Shown: positions 17,552 to 27,481, counted from the first letter of the stretch. The stretch: DNA of 64,000 nucleotides from an uncultured Candidatus Bathyarchaeia archaeon (GCA_964618695.1 CAZUDX010000004.1:162736-226735); one strand, 5' to 3'. The notes: generated from the sequence alone by a model not told the origin. Numbers and translations: made by a program.

Positions 17552-19312
17552 TCATTTGGTTCTAGCCGTTTTTCTGCATCGAATCTTTGTTAATGCGACA
17601 GCAATAAGAGCCGCGAATGTGAATATCAGCAAGATTGTGGCTGATGACAATTCTGGGATAACTGTGGAGCCTATGATTTCTATTGAGGTTGTACATTGTG
17701 AGTACGTGAAGGCAAGCGATGAATGTGTATCATTCTCCGACAAAACTACCCCACTCAACGGTTGCCCATCAGATTCAATTTCATAGGGACCCCCCAGCAA
17801 CTCGTTTGGTATTGTGACCGTGCAAAATCCGTAACACCCTGAAGTTTCTGCAACATCGAATAGGAGTTTTTTGTTTTCTATGACGAGTTGGCAATTTGAC
17901 ATTTCAGAGGTACTTTCAGTTGTAACCTGAAAATCTGTCCCGCCATCACTTATTACATGATTAATGTTTGTACCATCAGGTTCTGTGCCCACAACAGCCC
18001 TAATCATAAAATCGCTACTAGTTTCTTCTCGCCAATCTGTTCCATTCCAATACCAACTCCGGTCAGAAGGATCGGTAGTATCTTCTCCAAGATCAGGGTT
18101 GTAGTCAGTTATCCACTCTATGCCAATGTAGAAGTCTACTCCTTCGTTTACGTTAATGCCGTAAGATGAAAGATCCACGTTAAACCAGCCTTCAGTAGTC
18201 GGTGTTTGCTCAAAAGGCGTAACCAGATCGCCCCGATTTTCATCCATAATATGAACCTTAAATGTATTCGACTGAGAAGAAGAAACGTAATCCATATAGT
18301 AGCAAGCAATCAAAAGTTGATCTGTAAACAACGGAGTAAATCTAACAGCATCAATATCTCCAGTCGGACGTGAGTCACCCCATCGAGAATTGTCGTAATC
18401 ATAGGCGTATTCTAGTTGGTTCACGTTTCCTACAGCCCTAAGAGTTCCAGCGCCTGAAACCGTTACGCTTGTGGTTACCGCATATGTATCGGATACACTT
18501 ACGCCACCAGTAGTTTCCCACCTCATGAACGTATAGCCGCCGCTAAACGACACTTGATAATTTCCAGCAACAACCTCAATGTCTGTTGGAAGAGAAAATG
18601 TTGAGTCTGCAAAGGTTACACGCCCCAGATTGTCATTGCCTCCGCCATCCTGAATAGATTCAAGATTAACCGTGAAAACAGGTTCCATAGAATATTCAAT
18701 TTCCAACTTTGGTTCGTTGCTGGCTTCTTTTGACTGAAAAATCGCGTATCCATCAGATGTTTTGCTTTCAAATTTTAGAGTTTCCGTTAGAGTTCCTGAT
18801 GGAACCGCCGTCTCCACGTCTGCAGTTACATCCCATGACTTGTATATATTATATGTATAAAACATGCTAAAGGACCAGATGCCTGTGGGTTCAGTATTGA
18901 AACTTGGCTTGTTGTTCCATGTGATTCCCTGTTCCGTCCATAGATTATCTGAGCAATAATAGGCTCCAATTTTGTCTGCAGGGCTACCGTATATGTCTCC
19001 GCCTGTTGAAGAAAGGTACATTTTGAGTTGGGCGGATATGATGTTGGCTGTAGTTGGTATGCTAGACAAGTCAAACATAACATAGATGAAATCTTGTTCC
19101 GAATGGGCGCTTACATACATAGAACCGCTACTTCCATAGTTTGCGCTTGGATTAGAGGAGTTTACATGCGCATCTGCAATTGCCTCTATCGTTACGGTGG
19201 TAGAGCCAATAGCTGGTGAAGCATCAACAACAAAGGATTGTAGATTTAATAGCGGTGATGTCAGGAGTATACTAATCAGAAGGAAGAAGACAAGTAGAGA
19301 TGTTTTTTTCGT
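17552..19312 (-). CDS. DNRLRE/CBM96-like domain surface protein with PEF-CTERM-like anchor; apparent ACG start
   Basis: Frame stays open 64 codons upstream of the track ATG and encodes a signal peptide (xKKTSLLVFFLLISILL) and IADAHV...NYGS...FDLSSIP; GGAGGTGA SD before ACG 19312; C-terminal VIPEL-TM-basic tail. Confidence 0.75.
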   Translation of the reverse strand, partial: TKKTSLLVFFLLISILLTSPLLNLQSFVVDASPAIGSTTVTIEAIADAHVNSSNPSANYGSSGSMYVSAHSEQDFIYVMFDLSSIPTTANIISAQLKMYLSSTGGDIYGSPADKIGAYYCSDNLWTEQGITWNNKPSFNTEPTGIWSFSMFYTYNIYKSWDVTADVETAVPSGTLTETLKFESKTSDGYAIFQSKEASNEPKLEIEYSMEPVFTVNLESIQDGGGNDNLGRVTFADSTFSLPTDIEVVAGNYQVSFSGGYTFMRWETTGGVSVSDTYAVTTSVTVSGAGTLRAVGNVNQLEYAYDYDNSRWGDSRPTGDIDAVRFTPLFTDQLLIACYYMDYVSSSQSNTFKVHIMDENRGDLVTPFEQTPTTEGWFNVDLSSYGINVNEGVDFYIGIEWITDYNPDLGEDTTDPSDRSWYWNGTDWREETSSDFMIRAVVGTEPDGTNINHVISDGGTDFQVTTESTSEMSNCQLVIENKKLLFDVAETSGCYGFCTVTIPNELLGGPYEIESDGQPLSGVVLSENDTHSSLAFTYSQCTTSIEIIGSTVIPELSSATILLIFTFAALIAVALTKIRCRKTARTK

Positions 19313-19616
19313 TTTTTCACCTCCCTTTTACCTTAATCTGAGAAAGAATAATCCGTTAACGGGATAATTATATCCCAACATTTTATTCCCAATAATATTT
19401 TTCTGCTCACATTTAATTAAAGACTTGTGGAAGATTCTTCCATCTAAAAACTTGTTTTCGAGTTTTTCCCGAAAAAAGGAAAATGAGACTTTCTTAAATG
19501 TTTTTTAGATGTTTCAACATTTTTATTGTTAAATTTCATCGTGCGCGCAAGTTAAATTATGACTTGATTTAGCAATATAATCGACAAAAAGACGCCAATT
19601 ACCTTCTTGAGGGGAA

Positions 19617-20372
19617 TCAATTTTTCTTCGATTCCTTGGCGAGCATGGTTTCATGCTTCTTTATTGTCTCAGCTACTGCTATCTTTGTTGTAGCCCCTAT
19701 TAACTCGCCCATCTTTGTGTGTCCACCAGTGGTTCTCACCTTCTTGTCAGGGTCTGTTCCAGAAACAACAATCATGTTATCCGTTCCCGTGCCTGTAGCT
19801 AGGCTTTCCGGCGAAACCGAGCTTCGGGCATCCATGTCCTGAAGGGCAGCAGTCTTTGCTTCTGTAGCGGTTATAATCGTTTTTGCCAGTGCTCCATCGG
19901 TTAAAGTGACATTAGTCAGAAGAAGGATGTTGATTGTTCCAAGTATTTTTGCATAAGCTCCATCCTGTTCAATCCAACTTGCCTCGTCGACTCCAGACCG
20001 CAGAGCGTTGCCTACTCCTCCAGTAGCCAAACAGCAGACTATGCGGTTCTGATAGGATTTTTCGCAGACTGCAAGGTTGTTCATGTTAGCTCCTGTGCTC
20101 AAAAAAGAGAGGTCATTACTAGGGATTCCCAACACCTTGGGGAATTCTTCTTCGAACGCCTCATAATTCATCATGGTAATCTCCGCCAATTCGAGGGGCT
20201 GATAGGCATTAGCGACAAAACGTACTTCATCGTAGCCGTTCAAAGTGGAGATAACTCGACGTTTTTCATTAAAGGAAACAAGCAGGGTGTTCACGTCAAC
20301 GTTTCGATACTTATGGTAAAGAATCTCTGCTTTCACATCTTTTAGGTTCAATTTAACTTCTTTTTTCTCCAT
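19617..20372 (-). CDS. cbiZ: Adenosylcobinamide amidohydrolase
   Basis: LSTGANMNN, ATGGVGNA, GTINI, TATEAKTAAL, ATGTGTD, GGHTKMGELI. Confidence 0.9.
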   Translation of the reverse strand: MEKKEVKLNLKDVKAEILYHKYRNVDVNTLLVSFNEKRRVISTLNGYDEVRFVANAYQPLELAEITMMNYEAFEEEFPKVLGIPSNDLSFLSTGANMNNLAVCEKSYQNRIVCCLATGGVGNALRSGVDEASWIEQDGAYAKILGTINILLLTNVTLTDGALAKTIITATEAKTAALQDMDARSSVSPESLATGTGTDNMIVVSGTDPDKKVRTTGGHTKMGELIGATTKIAVAETIKKHETMLAKESKKN

Positions 20373-20397
20373 TTTGGAACCTCTGTAGTTATTTACT

Positions 20398-20580
20398 TTA
20401 TTCTCCCACGCCTTCAAGTAACCCTTCAATGTTCAAGTAAAGTTACTGTAGTTGCTTCTTCATATTTTCTGTGGCATCCCACAGCCCTCTCTCAATAGCT
20501 TCCAGAAACCTTTCAACTATATTCTGTAGAGCGAAAGGGTTCATTTCCTTGAACTACTTTTGTATCTCTGCATCTAGGAC
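20398..20580 (-). pseudogene. Cobaltochelatase CobN/Mg-chelatase H family C-terminal remnant with two in-frame stops
   Basis: Manual translation VLDAEIQK*FKEMNPFALQNIVERFLEAIERGLWDATENMKKQLQ*LYLNIEGLLEGVGE* matches the CobN/ChlH C-terminus pattern NP.AL....RLLEA..RGLW...Y..IEG. Confidence 0.8.
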
Positions 20581-20659
20581 AATCGTTACTTTTTTGGTGT
20601 AAAAATTTTTGTGCCTACATTAAACGTAGTTTACGCCAAATTGAAATGCGCGCGCAGTG

Positions 20660-21013
20660 TTACTTCACGTAGAATATATCTTGTCCTTCTTGCGGTTTCT
20701 TTCGAATCTCTTTCTTTAGTTTCTTCTCTATCTTTCTTTCTTGGCTTCCAGTTATCTTTGCATCATAGTCCACAAAAGCACACACAAGCTCGGCAAGATT
20801 CCCGTTAATTTCCTTCAGCTCATCTAAGGAGAACTGAGCCATGATGTCAGGATTGTCAGCCCACTGCATCCACCCTGTCACACTTCGTTGCAAGGCAAGA
20901 ATGGTGAACCTTATCGTTCGTACCATATCTAGGCGGTCCTGTCCCTCAGCTTTCGCTGCCTTCTTTATCTTATCCGAAATCCTCTGGCAGTCGTTAACCC
21001 ATCTTCTTTCCAT
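20660..21013 (-). CDS. DUF2153 family protein
   Basis: DRLDMV...LQRSVTGWMQWADNPDIM..F..DEL. Confidence 0.8.
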   Translation of the reverse strand: MERRWVNDCQRISDKIKKAAKAEGQDRLDMVRTIRFTILALQRSVTGWMQWADNPDIMAQFSLDELKEINGNLAELVCAFVDYDAKITGSQERKIEKKLKKEIRKKPQEGQDIFYVK

Positions 21014-21113
21014 GAATAATACCCCAAACTGGCAATAGGAATGCCCCGAATAAAAGGTTTCTTAATTTTAAATACTATTCATAAAAGAATATAAGAATCG
21101 ATAAAATCTTCTT

Positions 21114-22025
21114 TTGGATATGGGACTAACTAATAAAGGGAAGAAAGAGCCGTCGTTGGCTTTTGGCGGACAAGCGGTTATGGAAGGGGTGATGATTCGC
21201 TCCAAAAAGCACATGGTAGTATGTGTGCGGCAACCCAACGACGAAATACTGACGAAGACCGAAGAAATACATTCCCTCGCTGATAGATTTCGAGTCCTGA
21301 AACTTCCCTTTTTAAGGGGCATCCTAGCTCTGTTTGAAACCTTATTCGTGGGAATCAAGGGCATCTATTATTCTGCAAACGCAGCTTTGTATGATGAAGA
21401 GAACGAAGAGGAGAGCCTTAACCCTAAAGAAATCGCCATTGTCGTTGCTGTGGCTCTGGCATTATCGGTACTTTTGTTCAGTGTCACGCCATTCTTTTTA
21501 ACGTCCCTCCTCAATCTCGGGGGAGGAGTTGTCTTCAATATCGCAGAAGGAGTGGTCCGCCTCAGCTTCCTCTTGGTTTACCTTGCTGCTATTTCTTTGG
21601 TTGGAGATTTCAAACGAATTTTTCAGTATCACGGTGCAGAACATACAGCCATAAACGCGTATGAAGCTGGAGTTGAGTTGAACGTTGAAAACGCAAGAAA
21701 ATACTCTCGTTTTCACGCTCGGTGTGGAACATCCTTCCTTCTTATAGTCACGGTGCTTAGCATTTTGTTGTTCTCTCTTATGCCGAGTGCTGATTATTGG
21801 TGGAGGTTAGCCTACAGGATTCTTCTCATTCCCGTCATCAGCTCTATTTCCTACGAGCTTTTGAGGCTCAGCGACAGGTTCAAAGACTCTACAATCATGA
21901 AAGTTTTAACAGCACCAGGTTTAGCCCTTCAGCATTTAACGACGAGACAGCCCGACGACAAGATGATCGCTGTAGCCATAAAAGCTGTGAAAGAAGTTGA
22001 CAACCTCCAAAGAACATATGAGTGA
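21114..22025 (+). CDS. DUF1385 family membrane protein
   Basis: GGQAVMEGVMIR, PFLRG, FQYHGAEH, HARCGTSF, PGLALQHLTTRQP. Confidence 0.92.
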   Translation: MDMGLTNKGKKEPSLAFGGQAVMEGVMIRSKKHMVVCVRQPNDEILTKTEEIHSLADRFRVLKLPFLRGILALFETLFVGIKGIYYSANAALYDEENEEESLNPKEIAIVVAVALALSVLLFSVTPFFLTSLLNLGGGVVFNIAEGVVRLSFLLVYLAAISLVGDFKRIFQYHGAEHTAINAYEAGVELNVENARKYSRFHARCGTSFLLIVTVLSILLFSLMPSADYWWRLAYRILLIPVISSISYELLRLSDRFKDSTIMKVLTAPGLALQHLTTRQPDDKMIAVAIKAVKEVDNLQRTYE

Positions 22026-22229
22026 CATTGGGGGTTCGAGTTGCTTGTTGTTCTGATTTCTTGCTTGAGCTTTTGGCATATAACAGTCATTAGTATAGCT
22101 TTGCAAGCATTAATAGCTTTCAAGTTTCCAAGCACAAAACGGATGGGTTTGTAGAGTAGACACTAACTTTGGTCATGAGACCGCTCTATTAGTGTCAATA
22201 TCCCCCTTTCAGGAGTTAACTTGTTTTGT

Positions 22230-22412
22230 CTAAGTTTTTGTTGCCCTTGTGTATTCAAGAAAGATTTTCAGCCTTTTGCATTCGTCGAAGTTTTCTGTTT
22301 TACAGTATTTTTTGATCGTTTGCTCTGCGTCAGGTTTCCATGCGCTCGTACCGACTTTAGCTTGGCAAGTGTTATCGTCTTTTTCAAAACATACACATTG
22401 CACATAAATCAC
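22230..22412 (-). CDS. Small Cys-rich hypothetical protein
   Basis: 60 aa with C..C...C...YC...F..C spacing; GGTGA upstream. Confidence 0.55.
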   Translation of the reverse strand: MIYVQCVCFEKDDNTCQAKVGTSAWKPDAEQTIKKYCKTENFDECKRLKIFLEYTRATKT

Positions 22413-22599
22413 CTTGCATTAGTAATTCTATTCAAAGCTTAAAATAATTTCTAGACACAATCATAGCTCAAATCGACGTCTAAGACTTCGTTGATGTTTC
22501 ACTTAATTGAGAAATGTATTGTGTGACTGTCTAGAACTTGTTTGATGAAAAATTTTAAATATTTACTGCATAGAACTTGTATATGAAGTGCTTTTTTAA

Positions 22600-23817
22600 T
22601 TGGGAAATCCCAGCAACTCCTCTGGTAATTCAAAGAATGAATCAACGAAAATTACGTTGGAAGCTAAAATCTCAATCGGAGTTTTTATACTTGTTGTTAT
22701 AGGATGTTTAGTGCTACTCTGGGAAAACCGGTCTTACGATGTGTACTCGAAAACCCAGACAGAAATTAAGACTGATAATGGGATTACGATAACTAATTTG
22801 ACATCTACAGTCTTCATTCAAAACTATTTTCCCTTTTATCAAACCCGGATCAAGTCAAAAATATTGAATATAACGGATGGGAAAATAGTAGATTCTATAG
22901 AGAATGACCAAGAGAGACTAGAAGAAGCGAATATCAAAATCTATTCCTATTCTTTTAAAATGGAATATGGCGGCAAAGAGCTTATTCCGCTATACAAAAG
23001 AAATGACCCTACACAGTTTCCAAGTTTACGCTCGTTTAGTATGAGTAACACCACCGTGATTGTCAAGTGGAGTTATAACATGAGTGAACCTAGTCCGGGT
23101 CAGGATCCGTACCATGTCATATTAATGTTGGAAGCAGGAAAAGGTTGGTTGCCCTCAGGGATCCACCCACTTCTTTGGTCAATTTTGTTCTATCTGATCT
23201 TCGTTGTTTCAGGTTTAATTGTTTCTCGGATTGTTTTTGAAAAGGGAAAAGTCAGTGAAGATTACGGAATTCTAACGAAATTCACCAATAAAGGATGGGA
23301 GGATGCTAGGGATGAAAAGACCGAAAAAAGTTATCGAGAGGGGTTGCAAAGAATAATAGATTTTCCCAGTAAAAAGAATAGTTTCCCGAAAGCGATATTC
23401 GGACTGGGTATTTTCATTTTCAAGAGCATTATTAATAGCACATGTAAAAAACATCATGAAAACCTCAATTCTTATAAGATTACTCCTTACAAAAAAGAAG
23501 CACTAAAGAAGATTTTTGCCAAGTATTCAAAACAATCATTCAAAGAAATTAAGGACATGTTACCTGAACTTAAGGCAATAATTGTCGGTGTATTGTTTCT
23601 TGTTTCAGTCGGAATTTCATTTAATTGGAAATTAGGTGCAGCAGCACCCCTTGTAGCCAGCGTCGGAATAGCCTACTTTTTCGTCAATATTGGTTCACTC
23701 TTCTATTTTGTTAAAAAGTCAACAAAAGATGCCATTTGGATAACTCTAGCATTTTTTGCGGGCATTCTCGTTGTATCTTTTCCAAGCCTTATTGAAATTT
23801 TAAGATATCTTGGTTGA
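22600..23817 (+). CDS. Hypothetical multi-pass membrane protein (AT-rich)
   Basis: 405-aa ORF with N-terminal TM, extracellular region and several C-terminal TMs. Confidence 0.7.
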   Translation: MGNPSNSSGNSKNESTKITLEAKISIGVFILVVIGCLVLLWENRSYDVYSKTQTEIKTDNGITITNLTSTVFIQNYFPFYQTRIKSKILNITDGKIVDSIENDQERLEEANIKIYSYSFKMEYGGKELIPLYKRNDPTQFPSLRSFSMSNTTVIVKWSYNMSEPSPGQDPYHVILMLEAGKGWLPSGIHPLLWSILFYLIFVVSGLIVSRIVFEKGKVSEDYGILTKFTNKGWEDARDEKTEKSYREGLQRIIDFPSKKNSFPKAIFGLGIFIFKSIINSTCKKHHENLNSYKITPYKKEALKKIFAKYSKQSFKEIKDMLPELKAIIVGVLFLVSVGISFNWKLGAAAPLVASVGIAYFFVNIGSLFYFVKKSTKDAIWITLAFFAGILVVSFPSLIEILRYLG

Positions 23818-23999
23818 AACACTTGTCCAAGTGCGAACACTGAAAACTCTATTCTCTGTCCAGCATCTTGGCTTAATGAGCCGCAATTACTATATCCTCA
23901 CCATGCAGACAGAAAGTACTGTGGCACAGCTGTCAGTTAACTAAAAATACAAAAGACGTTAATAGGCAGTTTGTCTTTCCTCAAAACTAGGCGATTATC

Positions 24000-24701
24000 G
24001 TGGATTCATTGAATCTTGACTTGAAGGCTTGGAAGCTCTTTTTCACTCTCTACAAGTTAGCAGAGTTGGGCGCCTCCAGCCGAACTGTTAAGGTCTCCAC
24101 GGAATATCTTGCCGAAAAGATAGGGGCTTCACAGCAGACAGCCTCCAGACACCTAATCAACTTGGAAAAGATGGGATGGATCAAACGAACCATAACCCCA
24201 GAAGGCTGCTTGACGAAAATCACCAGCCAAGGAGTTTCCGAACTGAAAAAACTGTACTCGGAGTTGCGGTTGATATTTGAATCAGAATATCCTCCCTCAA
24301 TGACTTTGGAGGGAACTCTCTTCAGTGGATTGGGAGAGGGAGCCTACTACGTAACCAAAGAGGGCTATCGGAAGCAGTTTATAGAAAAACTTGGTTTTGA
24401 CCCGTATCCTGGAACCCTTAATCTCAGGGTGACAACTGAATATGACCTGAAGTCCCTGTCAGAACTTGAAACCTATCCTGCAGTAGAACTTGAAGGATTC
24501 AAAAATGAAACCAGAACTTATGGTCCAGTCAAATGCTATCCCGCCATAATAAACAACAAGGTGAAGGGCGCAGTCCTTTTCGCATTAAGAAGCCATTACG
24601 ACACGTCTGTACTGGAGATTATTTCCTCCACGTATCTTCGAAGCCGCCTCAAACTGAAAGACGGACACAAAGTGAAAGTGGAGATTCTAATTTTACCCTA
24701 A
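24000..24701 (+). CDS. ribK: CTP-dependent riboflavin kinase with N-terminal winged helix (RbkR-type)
   Basis: SQQTASRHL HTH; SGLGEGAYY, LGFDPYPGTLN, LEIIS..LR..L.LKDG. Confidence 0.93.
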   Translation: MDSLNLDLKAWKLFFTLYKLAELGASSRTVKVSTEYLAEKIGASQQTASRHLINLEKMGWIKRTITPEGCLTKITSQGVSELKKLYSELRLIFESEYPPSMTLEGTLFSGLGEGAYYVTKEGYRKQFIEKLGFDPYPGTLNLRVTTEYDLKSLSELETYPAVELEGFKNETRTYGPVKCYPAIINNKVKGAVLFALRSHYDTSVLEIISSTYLRSRLKLKDGHKVKVEILILP

Positions 24702-24719
24702 ACTCCACTTTTCGTCTTT

Positions 24720-25181
24720 TCACCCGTTGAAGTATTCCATGATTTTTCTCATGATTTTTGAGGAACTGTCCAGTTCTCTCTTTCCGAATCTTCCAATCTT
24801 CGCAACTTGAATGTTTACGTTTTTTTCTTCAACTGCTTTGTTCACTTCCCTTTCTATGCCATCTTGATCGTGACCCACGGCTATCACGTCCGGTTTTATC
24901 TTTTCAATTACTTTTTCTATGCTGAAATCTTCTAAACCCAAGATCGCTTCGTCCACCACCTTCAGGGACTCAACGAGCGCTCTCCGTTGGTCTTCCGGCA
25001 TGACAGGCTTTTTCCCTTTCCTCGCTTTGACGGTGCTGTCTCTAGCCACTATAACAATCAACTCGGCGTTTTTGCCGCCAGCTTTTTTTGCTTCTTCCAA
25101 AAATCTCACATGACCTAAGTGGAGGAGGTCAAAGGTTCCCGAAGCCAGCACAACTCTTTTTTTCTTCTTTTTTTCTACCAT
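24720..25181 (-). CDS. ribL: FAD synthase (cytidylyltransferase family)
   Basis: GTFDLLHLGH, VARD, VDEA, IKPDVIAVGHDQ; adjacent to ribK. Confidence 0.85.
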   Translation of the reverse strand: MVEKKKKKRVVLASGTFDLLHLGHVRFLEEAKKAGGKNAELIVIVARDSTVKARKGKKPVMPEDQRRALVESLKVVDEAILGLEDFSIEKVIEKIKPDVIAVGHDQDGIEREVNKAVEEKNVNIQVAKIGRFGKRELDSSSKIMRKIMEYFNG

Positions 25182-25432
25182 GAGAACTCCACAGCCCCTA
25201 ACAGTCGCAGGGCATCTAGCAGTCCCTCACAATAGGCAACGGAAGCTAGGCTTGTTTCCAGTTTGCCTTTCTCCTGATAATATTTCGCGTCTTCCAAATA
25301 ACGTTTAGCCGACTCGAATAGCTTTTTTGCTCCCTCTTCATTAAGGTGCACGGCACCAGCGACATCACCTATCTCCCCAACGACACGTTCAGCGCCTCGA
25401 ATATAGTTGGAAACTAGTTCTTCCAGAGTCAT
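25175..25432 (-). CDS. DUF357 family protein
   Basis: AKRYLEDAKYY..KG...SLASVAYCEGLLDALRLLG. Confidence 0.9.
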   Translation of the reverse strand: MTLEELVSNYIRGAERVVGEIGDVAGAVHLNEEGAKKLFESAKRYLEDAKYYQEKGKLETSLASVAYCEGLLDALRLLGAVEFSW

Positions 25433-26232
25433 TCAGCCATCCTCCTAATCTCTTCTGGAGCATCTGCCAAGGTGATAAGAGCTTCGGCTTCCATGAAATG
25501 CAGTTTACCTGGAAAAATGAGCGTGTGTGGAGGAGCACCAAAATCGTGGTTTATCACTTCTTCCAAATATCCTGCCTTAACCGCAGGCTCGTGTGAACCT
25601 GCTCTTGCCACTCCTATGACCAAGGTTTTTGATGTGATAAGTTGCTGTTTTTTCAGTTTTTCTATTTCTAGAAGCGTCTGTAGTGCTTCCTTGATGGTTA
25701 AGTATCGTTGTTCCTCAGCTTTTATGTCCAAATAGCAAATAGTGTGGAGTCCCCTCTCTTTGTTTTCTGAGATGACATTGTAAGGGGCTTCAGAGGCGAA
25801 ATTTTTTTCAGGAAACGGTATTGTGACGCTTCTTCCGTACTTGTAGTTTTGCAATCCTGAAAGTCCAATGACGGCTGAAACAACAGAAGCACCATATATA
25901 ATTCGGGTTTTGATTCCTTGCTTTTCTGCGCGGATTCGCAGGTCTACATGTGTTGTGGCGATCATGGGGTCTCCTGGAACCAATAAAGCCGCTTTTCCCT
26001 TCTTTGCCTCTTGTAGAATTGGTTTTCCCTCTTCTTCTTCTAAGACTCTTCGCGCCACAATCGTAACCGCTTTTCCAACCTTCTCTTCAAGTTTTCGAAT
26101 AGAAAGTCCAGGCATTATGCTTGTGTAAAATTCAGCAAAAACAGCATCAGCCGTTCTGACCTCTTCCAGTCCCCTGAGGGATACGTCCTTTTCATCGAAT
26201 AAACCTAATCCCACGAAGACGAGTTCACCCAA
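25429..26232 (-). CDS. dph5: Diphthine synthase
   Basis: VGLGLFDEKDVS, EFYTS, VPGDPMIATTH, GLQNYKYG, GLHT..LDI; start trimmed to TTG 26232. Confidence 0.95.
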   Translation of the reverse strand: MGELVFVGLGLFDEKDVSLRGLEEVRTADAVFAEFYTSIMPGLSIRKLEEKVGKAVTIVARRVLEEEEGKPILQEAKKGKAALLVPGDPMIATTHVDLRIRAEKQGIKTRIIYGASVVSAVIGLSGLQNYKYGRSVTIPFPEKNFASEAPYNVISENKERGLHTICYLDIKAEEQRYLTIKEALQTLLEIEKLKKQQLITSKTLVIGVARAGSHEPAVKAGYLEEVINHDFGAPPHTLIFPGKLHFMEAEALITLADAPEEIRRMAE

Positions 26233-26317
26233 AGCTTTCACATCCAGTATCCTACAGTCTTTCGGCAACAAAAAATATTAGGGTAACTGCTTCCACATTA
26301 GGAGATGCCTTGTGGGT

Positions 26318-26419
26318 GGGCCCGTAGCTCAGCAAGGCAGAGCGGCGGACTGGTCCTACGGGACTAGGTTGAGGCTCTTAACCCGTAGGTCAGGGGTTCA
26401 ATTCCCCTCGGGCCCGCCA
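26318..26419 (+). tRNA. tRNA-Lys(CTT) with a 25-nt intron (26349-26373) at non-canonical position 30/31; CCA encoded
   Basis: GGGCCCG/CGGGCCC acceptor stem, GGTTCAATTCC T-arm, spliced anticodon arm GCGGG-CTCTTAA-CCCGT; bulge-helix-bulge motif around the intron. Confidence 0.93.
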
Positions 26420-26532
26420 ACCCTATTCGGGGGGCATTTAGTTGTCTATTCTTTGGATGCTGGAGAGGGAAAAGTTAAAACATGCTCGATTACAGTAGTA
26501 TGTTTTATTCACCGATGAGGTGATCAGGCTAA

Positions 26533-26670
26533 TTGAAAGTAACACATAAGCAGATTCTTCTCCTGAACCTTTTCGTTGGATTGTTGGCTGTTGGAATTTT
26601 AGAATCTGAATATGGAATCGTAAGAGCTTTTGTTAGATTCATTTGCACTTCTTGCATTGGATTGGGGTAA
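26533..26670 (+). CDS. CD1871A-like small CxxC membrane protein (missed by the ORF track)
   Basis: GAGGTGA SD; MKVTHKQILLLNLFVGLLAVGILESEYGIVRAFVRFICTSCIGLG*; CxxCIGxG C-terminus directly upstream of a 4Fe-4S membrane protein. Confidence 0.8.
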   Translation: MKVTHKQILLLNLFVGLLAVGILESEYGIVRAFVRFICTSCIGLG

Positions 26671-26679
26671 CAGACCAGT

Positions 26680-27459
26680 ATGAATCTAAGTCGGCTACGT
26701 CACATAACACAGACAATCACCTTTGTTATATCTAATCTAGGCTTTATTCCAGCATTGAAAACCGGACTTATCTGCCCATTCTTCTACTGTTACGGATGTC
26801 CCCTCGCATCTGCTGGCTGTCCCATAGGAGTCTTACAGCACTTTATGATTATTCCAGCGATTCCTTTCTATCTTCTAGGTACCCTAGGCATTTACGGAAC
26901 AATTTTTGGCAGGGCATTTTGTGGCTGGGCTTGTCCCTTTGGGGCATTTCAAGACATATTAGCGGTTTTCAAGAAAAGAAAAAGGAAACTGCAGCCTTTC
27001 ACTTATTCCAAGTTCGCCATGTTGTTAGTGGTTATTGTTTTAGCATGGATTACTTTGGATACTTTCTTCTGCAAATTTTGTCCTGCTGGAAGCCTATTCG
27101 CAGCCCTCCCAACTCCCTTCTTTTATTCATCTCTGAACTTGGGTATCTTTTTTTATGTTCACATAGCAACCTTGATCTTGACCGTTGTTCTGGTGCTGCT
27201 TTTCTCAAGATTCTGGTGCCGCTATTTATGCCCATTAGGTTCTATAGGCGTCCTCAACAAACTGTCCCTTCTCACAGTCTCCCTTGACTCAACCAAATGT
27301 ACGAAATGCTTAGACTGCTTAGATGTGTGCCCCATGGGGATAGACAAACTGTCGGATATCGGTTTGTCAAGCGATTGCATCCTGTGCGGGAAATGCGTTG
27401 AAGCCTGCCAAATAGACGCCTTGAAAATGAATCTAAGGAAACGAAACAAGACTTATTAG
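26680..27459 (+). CDS. 4Fe-4S-binding membrane protein (NapH/CcoG-like)
   Basis: GRAFCGWACPFG, FCKFCPAG, RFWCRYLCPLG and two CxxCxxCxxxC motifs. Confidence 0.9.
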   Translation: MNLSRLRHITQTITFVISNLGFIPALKTGLICPFFYCYGCPLASAGCPIGVLQHFMIIPAIPFYLLGTLGIYGTIFGRAFCGWACPFGAFQDILAVFKKRKRKLQPFTYSKFAMLLVVIVLAWITLDTFFCKFCPAGSLFAALPTPFFYSSLNLGIFFYVHIATLILTVVLVLLFSRFWCRYLCPLGSIGVLNKLSLLTVSLDSTKCTKCLDCLDVCPMGIDKLSDIGLSSDCILCGKCVEACQIDALKMNLRKRNKTY

Positions 27460-27481
27460 CTGTCTTTCGCCAACAATTTGT

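Noticed and set aside
20398-20580. In-frame TAG as possible pyrrolysine read-through
   Set aside because: The same fragment also contains TAA and lacks most of the gene; pseudogenisation is the simpler explanation.
22530-22590. Direct repeat TAGAACTTGT (two copies) upstream of an AT-rich membrane gene
   Set aside because: Only 10 bp and two copies; not a CRISPR array or att site, and may be chance or a simple operator.
26312-26518. 68-aa ORF in the track
   Set aside because: Overlaps the tRNA-Lys gene; spurious.
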